From Chloroflexota bacterium (lineage in GTDB: Bacteria; Chloroflexota; Anaerolineae; Anaerolineales; UBA4823), in the NCBI GenBank assembly GCA_046089985.1, contig JBJSYW010000533.1, positions 1-33,593 of the forward strand: DNA of 33,593 nt, in the 5' to 3' direction. Under the pieces are notes generated by a model. It worked only from the letters and a program-made list of their open reading frames with translations. It had not been told where the DNA came from and did no database searches. Position 1 is the first letter of the stretch, and every line of letters begins with the position of its first letter. Below, in pieces: positions 9,165 to 16,758 of this stretch. Both the position numbers and the translations under genes were made by a program.

Positions 9165-9181
9165 ATTATACCCAGTATAAT
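9165..9181. promoter_or_regulatory. Back-to-back perfect -10 boxes in the 29-bp HAD/mutL divergent spacer
   Basis: TATAAT on the minus strand (9165-9170) lies 6 nt before the GTG at 9158. TATAAT on the plus strand (9176-9181) lies 6 nt before the ATG at 9188. Neither gap contains an SD. Confidence 0.55.
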
Positions 9182-9187
9182 ACGCCC

Positions 9188-11038
9188 ATGCCCATCCATA
9201 TTCTCCCCCCCGAGGTCGCCTCGCAAATTGCCGCCGGCGAAGTCGTCGAACGCCCGGCATCGGTGGTCAAGGAACTGGTCGAAAATGCGCTCGACGCCGG
9301 GGCGCACGCCATCACCGTCAGCGTGGAGGCCGCCGGGCAGAAACTGATTGAAGTGTCCGACGACGGCAGCGGCATCCCGCCGACCGAGCTGCCGCTGGCG
9401 GTGGAGCGGCACGCCACCAGCAAGCTCAACCAGGCGCAAGACCTGTTCAGCCTGGCGACGCTCGGGTTCCGCGGCGAAGCGCTGGCCTCGATCGGATCGG
9501 TGGCGCGCATGACCGTCACCGCCCGCACCGCCGGCGAAGCCGCCGGGGCGCGCCTGCGGGTGGAGGGCGGCCTGGTCTACCCGCTGGAGGCCGCCGGGGC
9601 GCCTGTGGGCACGCTGGTGCGCGTCGAAGACCTGTTCTACAACGTGCCGGCGCGCCTGAAGTTCCTGAAGAGCGACGCCACCGAGCGCCGCGCCATCGAC
9701 AACCTGGTCACGCGCTATGCGCTGGCTTATCCGGGAGTGCGCTTCAAGCTGGTGCAGGACGGTCGCCCGGTGATCCAGACCAGCGGGCGCGGCGACCGGC
9801 GCGAGATCCTGGCGCTGCTGTACGGCGCCGACGTGGCCCGGCGCATGCTGGAGGTGATCGCCAGCGAGCCGGGTCTGGGCGTGATGGGCTACATCAGCCC
9901 GGTGGCGCTCACCCGCCAGAGCCGGCGGGATATCTTCTTCTTCATCAACGGCCGTCCGGTGCAAGACTCGGCCCTGGCCGCCGCGCTGACGCGCGGCTAC
10001 CACACCCTGCTGATGGTCGGGCGCTTCCCGCTGGCGGTGCTGCTGATCGAAATGGACCCCGAGACGGTGGACGTTAACGTTCACCCGACCAAGGCCGAGG
10101 TGCGCTTTCGCGAGCCGGAGCGGGTCTTCAGCGGGGTGCAGAACGCCGTGCGCCGGGCGCTGCTGGCGCATAACCCGGTGCCCACCCTGGGCGATCCAGG
10201 CGCAGCGCAGGCCCCGTTCGGCGCCGCCCTGCGCTGGTCCGCCCCGGCCCCCCAATCCACCAGCTATCCACCACTCGACTATTCGACCTATACCGAGCCG
10301 CCTTCCAGCGGGGCGCCGGAAGGCTGGACGGCGGACAGCGGCCCGGATTCCGATCCGCCCGCCCCGATAGACTACACGCAGAGCGGCTGGCAGGGCACGC
10401 CTACGCCCGCTGCCCCGGCCTCCCCCGCCGCCCAACCACCGCTGCCCGCCCGCCACACCCACCTGCTGCGTCCGGTCGGCCAGGTGGCCAACAGCTACCT
10501 GGTGGCCGAAGGCCCGGACGGCCTGTACCTGATCGACCAGCATGCCGCCCACGAACGCGTGCTGTTCGAGCGCTTCATGGCCCAGCGCGGCGCAAGCATC
10601 CCATCTCAGGCGCTGCTGCAGCCCGCCAGCGTGGAGCTGCCTGCCCCAGCCGCCCGCCTGGTCGCCGACCAGCTGGACCTGCTGGGCCGGCTGGGCTTCA
10701 CCATCGAGCCGTTCGGGCCCAACACCTTCCTGGTGCGCAGCCTGCCGGCCCTGCTCAGCAGCCTGGACCCGGCCGCGGCCCTGCGCGTGCTGGTGGAGAA
10801 CTTTGAAGAAGACGAAACCCCGCTGCAGGCCGAGCAGGAGGCGCGCATCATCGCTCGGGTATGCAAGCGCGCCGCCGTCAAGGCCGGCATGAGCCTGTCG
10901 CCCGAAGAACAGCGCGCCCTGCTGAACGACCTGGAAGCCTGCGCCTCGCCGCGCACCTGCCCGCACGGGCGGCCGACGATGATCCACCTGCCGGTGGACC
11001 TGCTGGAGCGCCAGTTCGGGCGGCGCGGGGCGCGCTAG
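9188..11038 (+). CDS. mutL: DNA mismatch repair endonuclease MutL
   Basis: The start is taken at 'MPIHILPPEVASQIAAGEVVERPASVVKELVENALDAG', the canonical GHKL N-terminus. 'DQHAAHERVLFE' is the endonuclease motif DQHAxxExxxxE, and C-terminal 'CPHGRP' is present. A Pro-rich linker joins the two domains. Confidence 0.93.
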   Translation: MPIHILPPEVASQIAAGEVVERPASVVKELVENALDAGAHAITVSVEAAGQKLIEVSDDGSGIPPTELPLAVERHATSKLNQAQDLFSLATLGFRGEALASIGSVARMTVTARTAGEAAGARLRVEGGLVYPLEAAGAPVGTLVRVEDLFYNVPARLKFLKSDATERRAIDNLVTRYALAYPGVRFKLVQDGRPVIQTSGRGDRREILALLYGADVARRMLEVIASEPGLGVMGYISPVALTRQSRRDIFFFINGRPVQDSALAAALTRGYHTLLMVGRFPLAVLLIEMDPETVDVNVHPTKAEVRFREPERVFSGVQNAVRRALLAHNPVPTLGDPGAAQAPFGAALRWSAPAPQSTSYPPLDYSTYTEPPSSGAPEGWTADSGPDSDPPAPIDYTQSGWQGTPTPAAPASPAAQPPLPARHTHLLRPVGQVANSYLVAEGPDGLYLIDQHAAHERVLFERFMAQRGASIPSQALLQPASVELPAPAARLVADQLDLLGRLGFTIEPFGPNTFLVRSLPALLSSLDPAAALRVLVENFEEDETPLQAEQEARIIARVCKRAAVKAGMSLSPEEQRALLNDLEACASPRTCPHGRPTMIHLPVDLLERQFGRRGAR

Positions 11039-11847
11039 CTCGGGTCAACCGGCTCGACCGGTGCTGCGTCGGCGTCAGCCGCCGGGCCAAGCACCGCATC
11101 GGCGATGCGCGGCAGCACGTCGGCGGAGTCTTCATGCAAGATCACGTCGGCGCGCACATCCAGGTAGGTCTGCGAATGGTTGATCAGGATCAGGTGCGCG
11201 CCGTTCTCCAGGGCGCGCATCGGTAGCCCTGCCACCGGCAGCACCTCCAACGACGACCCCACCACGACCATCAGGTCGCAGGCCCGGCAGGCCGCCTGGG
11301 CCGCCAGCCAGGTCTTCGACGGTAGCTGCTCGCCCATCAGCACCATATCGGGCTTCAGCACCGCCCCACAGCTGCGGCAGTGCGGGATGGCTCCCGTCTC
11401 CAGGTATGGGCCGAGGTACTCATCGGAGGCGACCGTCTGGTAACAGCGGGTGCAGGTCATCGTGCGCAGCGAGCCGTGGATCTCCAGCACATTCACCGAC
11501 CCGGCCCGGTGGTGCAGCGCATCCACATTCTGGGTGATAATCGTCTTGACCACCCCGGCCTGCTCCATGCGGGCCAGACTGTAATGAGCAGGGTTCGGCC
11601 GGCAGCGGTAGATCACCTGCGCCAGTTCGCGCATCCACTGGTAGAAGACCTGCGGGTTATAGCGGAACGCGGTCAGCGAAGCGACCTCGAACGGGTTAAA
11701 TTTCTCCCAGATGCCGCTGTTGGGCGAGCGGAAGTCCGGGATGCCAGAGGGCGTGGAAACCCCGGCCCCAGTCAGCACAACCGTGCGCCGGCTCTCCTGG
11801 ATGATATCGGCCGCGCAGCGAATACCGGACCATACCGTATTGGGCAT
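11035..11847 (-). CDS. cobB: NAD-dependent protein deacylase, Sir2 family (sirtuin)
   Basis: 270 aa. 'GAGVSTPSGIPDFRS', 'QNVDALH' and 'HGS' are present, along with the Zn-ribbon cysteines 'CTRCYQ...CRSCG'. A GGAAGGAAAG SD precedes the ATG. Its stop shares a palindromic CTAG with the mutL stop. Confidence 0.9.
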   Translation of the reverse strand: MPNTVWSGIRCAADIIQESRRTVVLTGAGVSTPSGIPDFRSPNSGIWEKFNPFEVASLTAFRYNPQVFYQWMRELAQVIYRCRPNPAHYSLARMEQAGVVKTIITQNVDALHHRAGSVNVLEIHGSLRTMTCTRCYQTVASDEYLGPYLETGAIPHCRSCGAVLKPDMVLMGEQLPSKTWLAAQAACRACDLMVVVGSSLEVLPVAGLPMRALENGAHLILINHSQTYLDVRADVILHEDSADVLPRIADAVLGPAADADAAPVEPVDPS

Positions 11848-11892
11848 CTTTCCTTCCCGAGCAAGCGATACTGATAAAGACAGGCGCGCCGC

Positions 11893-13047
11893 TCAGGCCC
11901 GGGCGCGCTGCAGCAGCTTCTGCGCCAGGCTGTTGAACTGCTGGAGCGTCACCCCGTCGGCCTGGCGCAGCACCATCGGCTGGTGGTTCAACTGCGCCTG
12001 GTAAGCCAGCTCAGCGTTGGCGGTGAACACCACCGACACCGGTCGCCCCAATTCATCCTGCACCTGGCCCAGCGAAAGCTGGATCCCAGCCCGCACGCGG
12101 TTGACCAGGGCAATGGCAATGCTGCTTTCGCTGCGCCCCTGGTCTACCAGGTGGGAGAACAGGGCGCGCGTTTGCGCCAGGGTCTGCGCCACCGGCTCGG
12201 TGACCAGCACCACCTGCTGGCAGCGCTCCAGGATGCGGGCGTTGACCGGGGTCAGCCCCGGCCCCAGGTCCAGGAAGATATAGCGCCCCAGGAAGGCCAG
12301 GCCGGCGGTCACTGCGTCGAAGGCTTCTACTTCCAGCGCCAGGCCGGCGTCCTGTGGGCGGGTCGAGGAGAGCAGGAAACGCACCCCGCTGACCGGGTCG
12401 CTCAGCTTGCGCTCCACCACTTCAGGCGTGATCGCCGCCGGGGTCAGCCCCAACAGCTCGCTGAAACCCACCGCGTTGTTGATGCCCAACTCAAGCGCCA
12501 TCATCCCCAGACCAGGCCGGTAGTCCGATACCACGACCGGTTTTTTGCTTAACGCCGCCGCCACCACGCCCAGGTTGGTCGACAGAGTTGTCACCCCCAC
12601 CCCACCACGAGTGGATAGCAGCGCAACCAGCTCGCCCTTCTCGTTGTATTCGCGCGCCGGGATATTGACTGAACCCGAGGAGCGCTGCAAGACCGCCTTA
12701 ACATTGGCCACCAGCTCGCGCGGTTGGATCGGCTTGACCAGGTAAGCATCCGCGCCCGCCTCGAACCCCACCAGCTTGTCTTCCATCTGCGCCTTGGCAG
12801 TGAACATGATAATGAATGTATGACGGGTCTCAGGGTTGGCGCGCAGCTGGCGGGCCACCTCAACCCCATCGATATCCGGCATCATCAGGTCCAATAAAAT
12901 CAGGGTGGGTTTTTCGGCTTTAGCCAGCGTCAGCGCCTGCTGACCGCTGGTGGCGGCGACAATGGTGTACCCCTGACGTTCCAGCATCAACCCGACCAGG
13001 CGGAGGGTGTCGAGGTCATCGTCAACAACCAGAATCTTCTCGGCCAT
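11893..13047 (-). CDS. Response regulator receiver domain fused to a CpaE/MinD-like P-loop domain with degenerate Walker A
   Basis: REC domain: 'ILVVDDD', 'LILLDLMMPDIDG' and 'YLVKP'. The C-terminal domain resembles CpaE/ParA-type ATPases, but its P-loop reads 'RGGVGVTT' (12586-12609) instead of KGGxGK[ST]. I chose the start at 'MAEKIL' because a GAAGGAG SD precedes it. Confidence 0.8.
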   Translation of the reverse strand: MAEKILVVDDDLDTLRLVGLMLERQGYTIVAATSGQQALTLAKAEKPTLILLDLMMPDIDGVEVARQLRANPETRHTFIIMFTAKAQMEDKLVGFEAGADAYLVKPIQPRELVANVKAVLQRSSGSVNIPAREYNEKGELVALLSTRGGVGVTTLSTNLGVVAAALSKKPVVVSDYRPGLGMMALELGINNAVGFSELLGLTPAAITPEVVERKLSDPVSGVRFLLSSTRPQDAGLALEVEAFDAVTAGLAFLGRYIFLDLGPGLTPVNARILERCQQVVLVTEPVAQTLAQTRALFSHLVDQGRSESSIAIALVNRVRAGIQLSLGQVQDELGRPVSVVFTANAELAYQAQLNHQPMVLRQADGVTLQQFNSLAQKLLQRARA

Positions 13048-13082
13048 AGCGGCTCCTTCTCTAAATATCGGGTACTTAACCA

Positions 13083-13090
13083 ATTATAAT
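13083..13090. promoter_or_regulatory. Palindromic AATTATAATT giving TATAAT on both strands (RR gene / tilS divergent promoters)
   Basis: The plus-strand TATAAT at 13085-13090 is 9 nt before the tilS ATG (13100), with no SD in between. The minus-strand TATAAT at 13083-13088 is about 35 nt upstream of the RR gene ATG (13047), which does have an SD. Confidence 0.5.
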
Positions 13091-13099
13091 CTTCTTTAG

Positions 13100-14566
13100 A
13101 TGCTGGAACAAATTCTTTTTAATTTGCGCGTGCGTGGCAATTTTTCTGACGACCAGCGCCTGCTGGCAGCCGTGTCCGGCGGACCGGACAGCCTGGTCCT
13201 GCTGGACGCCCTGTGGCGGCTGGGCGTGCCGCTGGTGGTGGCCCACCTGAACCACCTGCTTCGCCCGCAGGCCGGGGATGACCTGCGCTTTGTGCAGCAG
13301 GCTGCCGCCGAGCGCGGCCTGCCCTTCGCCGGCGCGCAAGCCGATGCCGGGGCGTACGCCCGCCTGCACGGCCTGTCGATCGAGGAGGCGGCCCGCACCT
13401 TGCGCTACCGCTTCCTGTTCGAGAGCGCCGCCGCGCACGGCTGCGCCGCCGTCGCCACCGGGCACACCGCCGACGACCAGGCCGAGACGGTGCTGATGCA
13501 CCTGCTGCGCGGCGCCGGCCCATCCGGGTTGAGCGGGATGGCCTTCCGCAGCCTGCCCAACCCGTGGAGCCAGTCGATCGCCCTGCTGCGCCCGCTGCTG
13601 GACCTGCCGCGCCAGGCGATCCTGGATTACCTGGCGGTGCACGCGCTGCAGCCCGTGCACGACGCCACCAACGATGATCTGCGCTACTACCGCAACCGCC
13701 TGCGCCACGAAACCCTGCCCTACCTGGAGCAGCTCAACCCGGGCGTGCGCGGCCGGTTGGTGCGCATGGCCCAGGTCATCGGCGATGAAGACCGCCTGCT
13801 GGACCAACTCACCGCCGCCGCCTGGCAGCAGATCGACGCCCGGACGGCCGGCGAGAGCGTCTCGTTGGACCGGGCGGCCTTCAACCGCCAACCGCCGGCC
13901 CTGCAGCGCCGCCTGCTGCGCCAGGCGCTGGAGGTCCTGCGCCCCGGTCTGCGTGATATCGATTTCGAACGCGTCGAGGCAGCCCGGCGCTTCGCCGCCG
14001 CCCCGCCGCGCAGCCGCCAGGCCGACCTGGTCGCCGGGCTGCGCCTGCTGGACGAGGGCGGGCGGCTGGTCATCGCCGCCTGGGAGGCCGACCTGCCCGA
14101 CGGCGGCTGGCCTCAGGCCCCGCCGGTTGAAACGCGCATCGCGCTGCCCGGACGGCTGGCCCTGCAGGACGGCTGGCTGCTGCAGGCGGATCTGCTGCCC
14201 GCAGATCGGCTGCCGCCCGGCGTCGACGCGCAGGCGCTGGCTGCTGCCAACACCGACCCGTATACCGCTTACCTGGACCTGGAACGCCTGCCCGGGCCGC
14301 CGGCGCTGCGCCGCCGCCGTGCGGGTGACCGCTTCCGCCCGTTGGGGCTGCAGGGCCATTCGCTCAAGCTGTCCGATTTCATGATCAACCAGCGCCTGCC
14401 GCGCCGGGCGCGCCCCGCCTGGCCGCTGCTGACCGTTGCCGGGCAGGTGGCCTGGCTGCCCGGCTATCGCATCGCCCAGCCGTTTGCCGCCGGCCCCGCC
14501 ACACGCCGCCTGCTCGTGCTGCGCCTGTACCGCCCGCCTGCGGCGGACGAAACACCGGAAGGTTAA
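13100..14566 (+). CDS. tilS: tRNA(Ile)-lysidine synthase TilS
   Basis: 488 aa. PP-loop 'LLAAVSGGPDSLVLLDAL', 'ATGHTADDQAETVLM', and a C-terminal TilS_C-like segment 'KLSDFMINQRLPRRARPAWPLL'. Confidence 0.9.
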   Translation: MLEQILFNLRVRGNFSDDQRLLAAVSGGPDSLVLLDALWRLGVPLVVAHLNHLLRPQAGDDLRFVQQAAAERGLPFAGAQADAGAYARLHGLSIEEAARTLRYRFLFESAAAHGCAAVATGHTADDQAETVLMHLLRGAGPSGLSGMAFRSLPNPWSQSIALLRPLLDLPRQAILDYLAVHALQPVHDATNDDLRYYRNRLRHETLPYLEQLNPGVRGRLVRMAQVIGDEDRLLDQLTAAAWQQIDARTAGESVSLDRAAFNRQPPALQRRLLRQALEVLRPGLRDIDFERVEAARRFAAAPPRSRQADLVAGLRLLDEGGRLVIAAWEADLPDGGWPQAPPVETRIALPGRLALQDGWLLQADLLPADRLPPGVDAQALAAANTDPYTAYLDLERLPGPPALRRRRAGDRFRPLGLQGHSLKLSDFMINQRLPRRARPAWPLLTVAGQVAWLPGYRIAQPFAAGPATRRLLVLRLYRPPAADETPEG

Positions 14567-14571
14567 ACAGT

Positions 14572-14607
14572 AGAGCGCCGGGGGGTCACCGTCCCGCCCG
14601 GCGCTCT
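14572..14607. terminator. Bidirectional intrinsic-terminator-like hairpin between convergent tilS and fhs
   Basis: A perfect 11-bp inverted repeat: 'agagcgccggg' (14572-14582) and 'cccggcgctct' (14597-14607), with a 14-nt loop. It starts 6 nt after the tilS stop. There is no clear U-tract. Confidence 0.5.
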
Positions 14608-14714
14608 CTCAAGGAGGAGAAGAAACGCATCTAGCGTTATCTTATCAGGATTGTCGCTTCTCCGCTTGACGTACGGTCTACAATCTCCCTACGATCAGCC
14701 TACGATCTGCGGCC

Positions 14715-16640
14715 TTAGAACAGGCCCAGCACGCGGCCTGTCTCCAGGTCCAGGTCCACATCGTAGAACACCGGGCGGGTGGGCAGGCCCGGCATGGTGC
14801 GCATCGTGCCCAGCAGCGGGTACAGGAACCCGGCGCCAACCGAGGCGCGGATGTCGCGGATCGGCACCACAAAGCCCTTCGGCTCGCCCTTCAGTTCGGG
14901 GTCATGGCTCAGGCTCAGGTGGGTCTTGGCCATGCACAGCGGCAGGTTGTCAAAGCCCAGGCGGGTGTATAGGGCGATCTTCTCTTCGGCTTCGGGCAGG
15001 TACTCCACGCCGTCGGCGCCGTAGATCTCTTTGCAGATGATCTCGATCTTTTCCTTGATCGACAGGTTCAGGTCATACAGGAACTTGAAGTGGGTTGGCT
15101 TCTCGGCCGCTTTGATCACCGCTTCGCCCAGCTTGACCGCCCCGGCGCCGCCATCCATCCAGTGCGTGCAGACCACCGCGTCTTCCGCGCCGGCATCCAC
15201 TGCCGCCGCCCGCACCAGCTCGACCTCAGCCGGGGTATCGGTGGCAAACGAGTTGACTGCCACCACCACGTTCACGCCGTACTTGCGGGCGTTGCGGATG
15301 TGGTGCTGCAGGTTGCACAGACCGGCGCGCAGCAGGTCCAGGTTCTCTTCGGTGTAAGCCGCCGCCAGCGGACGACCGGCGACCACCTTCGGGCCGCCGC
15401 CGTGCATCTTCAGCGCTCGTACCGTGGCGACCATCACCACCACCTGCGGCACCAGCCCGGAATAGCGGCACTTGATATCGAAGAACTTTTCCATGCCGAT
15501 GTCGGCGCCAAAGCCCGACTCGGTCACCACGTAATCGGCCAGCTTCAGGGCGATCCGGTCGGCGATGATCGAGTTCTGTCCGTGGGCGATGTTGGCGAAC
15601 GGGCCGGCGTGAACGAACACCGGGGTGCCTTCCAGGGTCTGCATCAGGGTGGGCTTGATGGCGTCCTTCATCAGCACGGTCATGGCGCCCGCCACACCCA
15701 GGTCTTCAGCGGTGACGGCCTCGCCCTTGTGGCTGGTGCCGATCACGATCTTGCCCATGCGCTCGCGCATATCAGCCAGGTCGGCGGTCAGGGCCAGGAT
15801 AGCCATGATCTCGGAGGCCACGGTGATGTCATAACCGGTGCGGCGCGGCATGCCTTCTTCCGGCCCCAGACCGATCTCGATCTCGCGCAGGAAGCGGTCA
15901 TTGGTGTCGACCACCCGGCGCCAGGTGAGCGTGGCGGGGTTGATGTCCAGGCGAGCGAAGCGAGACTTCTCTTCCTTGGTCAGTTCGTTCGGGTCGGTCT
16001 TGTCGATGCCCAGCTTCTTCAGGCGGCGGATCATCGACGGGGAGAAGCGCCGCTTGCCCTGCTTATCGGCCGGGCACAGGGCGTTGAACAGCTTCTCGTC
16101 ATCGGGCTGCTTGCATTCATGATAGATGCGGGCGTCAATCGCCGCCGCCAGCAGGTTGTTGGCCGCGGTGATGGCGTGGATGTCGCCGGTCAGGTGCAGG
16201 TTGAACTCTTCCATCGGGATAACCTGGCTGTAACCGCCGCCGGCTGCCCCACCCTTGATGCCAAAGGTCGGGCCCTGGCTGGGCTGGCGGATGCAGGTGA
16301 AGACCCGCTTGCCCAGGTGCGCGCCGAGCGCCTGGCTCAGCCCGACCATCGTGGTCGATTTGCCTTCCCCCAACGGGGTGGGGGTGATGGCGGTCACGTC
16401 AATGTACTTGCCATCCGGCACGTCCTTCAGGCGATCAAGCACATCCAGGCGGACCTTGGCCTTGTAATTACCATGCAGTTCCAGCTCCTCAGGCAGCAAA
16501 CCCACTTCTTCAGCCACTTTCTGGATCAGCTTCAGCTGGGCTTCCTGGGCAATATCGATGTCTGAGGGAACCGGGCGGCGCAGGTTCAGTTTGATCGGCT
16601 CGAACTTACGCAGCCCCGGGAAATCGACGGATTTGGTCAT
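14715..16640 (-). CDS. fhs: Formate--tetrahydrofolate ligase, long eukaryote-type form
   Basis: 641 aa. '[12 protein letters not shown]' P-loop, '[38 protein letters not shown]', '[11 protein letters not shown]' and C-terminal '[17 protein letters not shown]'. It carries an insertion of about 50 aa (residues ~174-229) that short bacterial enzymes lack. Confidence 0.95.
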   Translation of the reverse strand: MTKSVDFPGLRKFEPIKLNLRRPVPSDIDIAQEAQLKLIQKVAEEVGLLPEELELHGNYKAKVRLDVLDRLKDVPDGKYIDVTAITPTPLGEGKSTTMVGLSQALGAHLGKRVFTCIRQPSQGPTFGIKGGAAGGGYSQVIPMEEFNLHLTGDIHAITAANNLLAAAIDARIYHECKQPDDEKLFNALCPADKQGKRRFSPSMIRRLKKLGIDKTDPNELTKEEKSRFARLDINPATLTWRRVVDTNDRFLREIEIGLGPEEGMPRRTGYDITVASEIMAILALTADLADMRERMGKIVIGTSHKGEAVTAEDLGVAGAMTVLMKDAIKPTLMQTLEGTPVFVHAGPFANIAHGQNSIIADRIALKLADYVVTESGFGADIGMEKFFDIKCRYSGLVPQVVVMVATVRALKMHGGGPKVVAGRPLAAAYTEENLDLLRAGLCNLQHHIRNARKYGVNVVVAVNSFATDTPAEVELVRAAAVDAGAEDAVVCTHWMDGGAGAVKLGEAVIKAAEKPTHFKFLYDLNLSIKEKIEIICKEIYGADGVEYLPEAEEKIALYTRLGFDNLPLCMAKTHLSLSHDPELKGEPKGFVVPIRDIRASVGAGFLYPLLGTMRTMPGLPTRPVFYDVDLDLETGRVLGLF

Positions 16641-16758
16641 TTCGGCTCACCCTTTCGTGTTTATCGGATCAGAGAACTATCTTACAGTTATGGCCTATTT
16701 TCACAGAATTTGTCATTCAGCGCAATGGAATACTATCCTGTTATCCTTACGTCAAGTG
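16641..16758 (-). promoter_or_regulatory. AT-rich fhs upstream region (promoter and 5' leader)
   Basis: This is the only conspicuously AT-rich stretch in this neighbourhood. Minus-strand candidates include TTGACG-17 nt-TATTCC and TTGCGC-17 nt-GAAAAT. 'aaagggtgag' looks like an SD before the ATG. The exact promoter is unresolved. Confidence 0.3.

Noticed and set aside
9159-9260. N-terminal 34-residue extension of the HAD ORF (ATG at 9260) given in the ORF track.
   Set aside because: The extension is Arg-rich junk ('MPGVRRLRRRQFARRPRGGEY...'). It would overlap the divergent mutL coding sequence. It precedes the conserved 'FFDLDDT' motif by far more than is usual in the family. The GTG at 9158 with its own TATAAT box is a better start.
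8789-10987. 732-aa ORF on the minus strand, the second-longest ORF in the track.
   Set aside because: It lies entirely antisense to mutL and the HAD gene. Its translation is an Arg/Ala/Gly/Pro/Gln-rich string with no recognisable motifs. Long antisense shadow ORFs like this are expected at high GC because stop codons are rare. The mutL frame carries unmistakable GHKL and endonuclease motifs.
11035-11038. Convergent mutL and sirtuin stop codons share the palindrome CTAG (3-nt overlap).
   Set aside because: It is real but most simply explained by genome compaction. A self-complementary stop overlap is a coincidence of TAG on both strands, and no structure or function is implied.
11035-11847. 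SIR2-domain protein as a possible anti-phage NADase effector (Thoeris/DSR/SIR2-HerA type).
   Set aside because: It has the full canonical sirtuin deacylase motif set (GAGxS, QNVD, catalytic His) and the four-Cys Zn ribbon. Its size is typical of CobB. It has no fused or neighbouring defence partner (no TIR, HerA, Ago or helicase).
13076-14359. 427-aa minus-strand ORF opposite tilS.
   Set aside because: It is a shadow ORF with Arg/Ala/Gln/Gly-rich low-complexity translation. The tilS frame has the PP-loop SGGPDS and the TilS_C signature.
14611-14707. Orphan consensus SD 'AAGGAGG' (14611-14617) and a 9-bp direct repeat 'cctacgatc' (14688-14696 and 14699-14707) in the tilS/fhs convergent spacer.
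   Set aside because: No ATG, GTG or TTG lies within 5-12 nt of the SD-like sequence, and no ORF follows. The 9-bp repeat is short enough to be chance and has no obvious partner site elsewhere in the window.
15090-16565. 491-aa plus-strand ORF opposite fhs.
   Set aside because: It is a shadow ORF. The fhs frame is near-identical to canonical FTHFS blocks. The antisense translation has no motifs and a His/Arg/Gly/Asp-biased composition.
16641-16758. Possible ZTP (pfl-motif) or THF riboswitch in the fhs leader, since fhs is a known ZTP-riboswitch target in other bacteria.
   Set aside because: The 118-nt leader is AT-rich. I could not find the GC-rich conserved cores I remember for pfl/ZTP RNAs (a GGGUCGUGAC-like 5' element and a CCGCCUGGGC-like 3' pseudoknot element) or a THF-type fold. 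A covariance-model scan (Rfam) would settle it.
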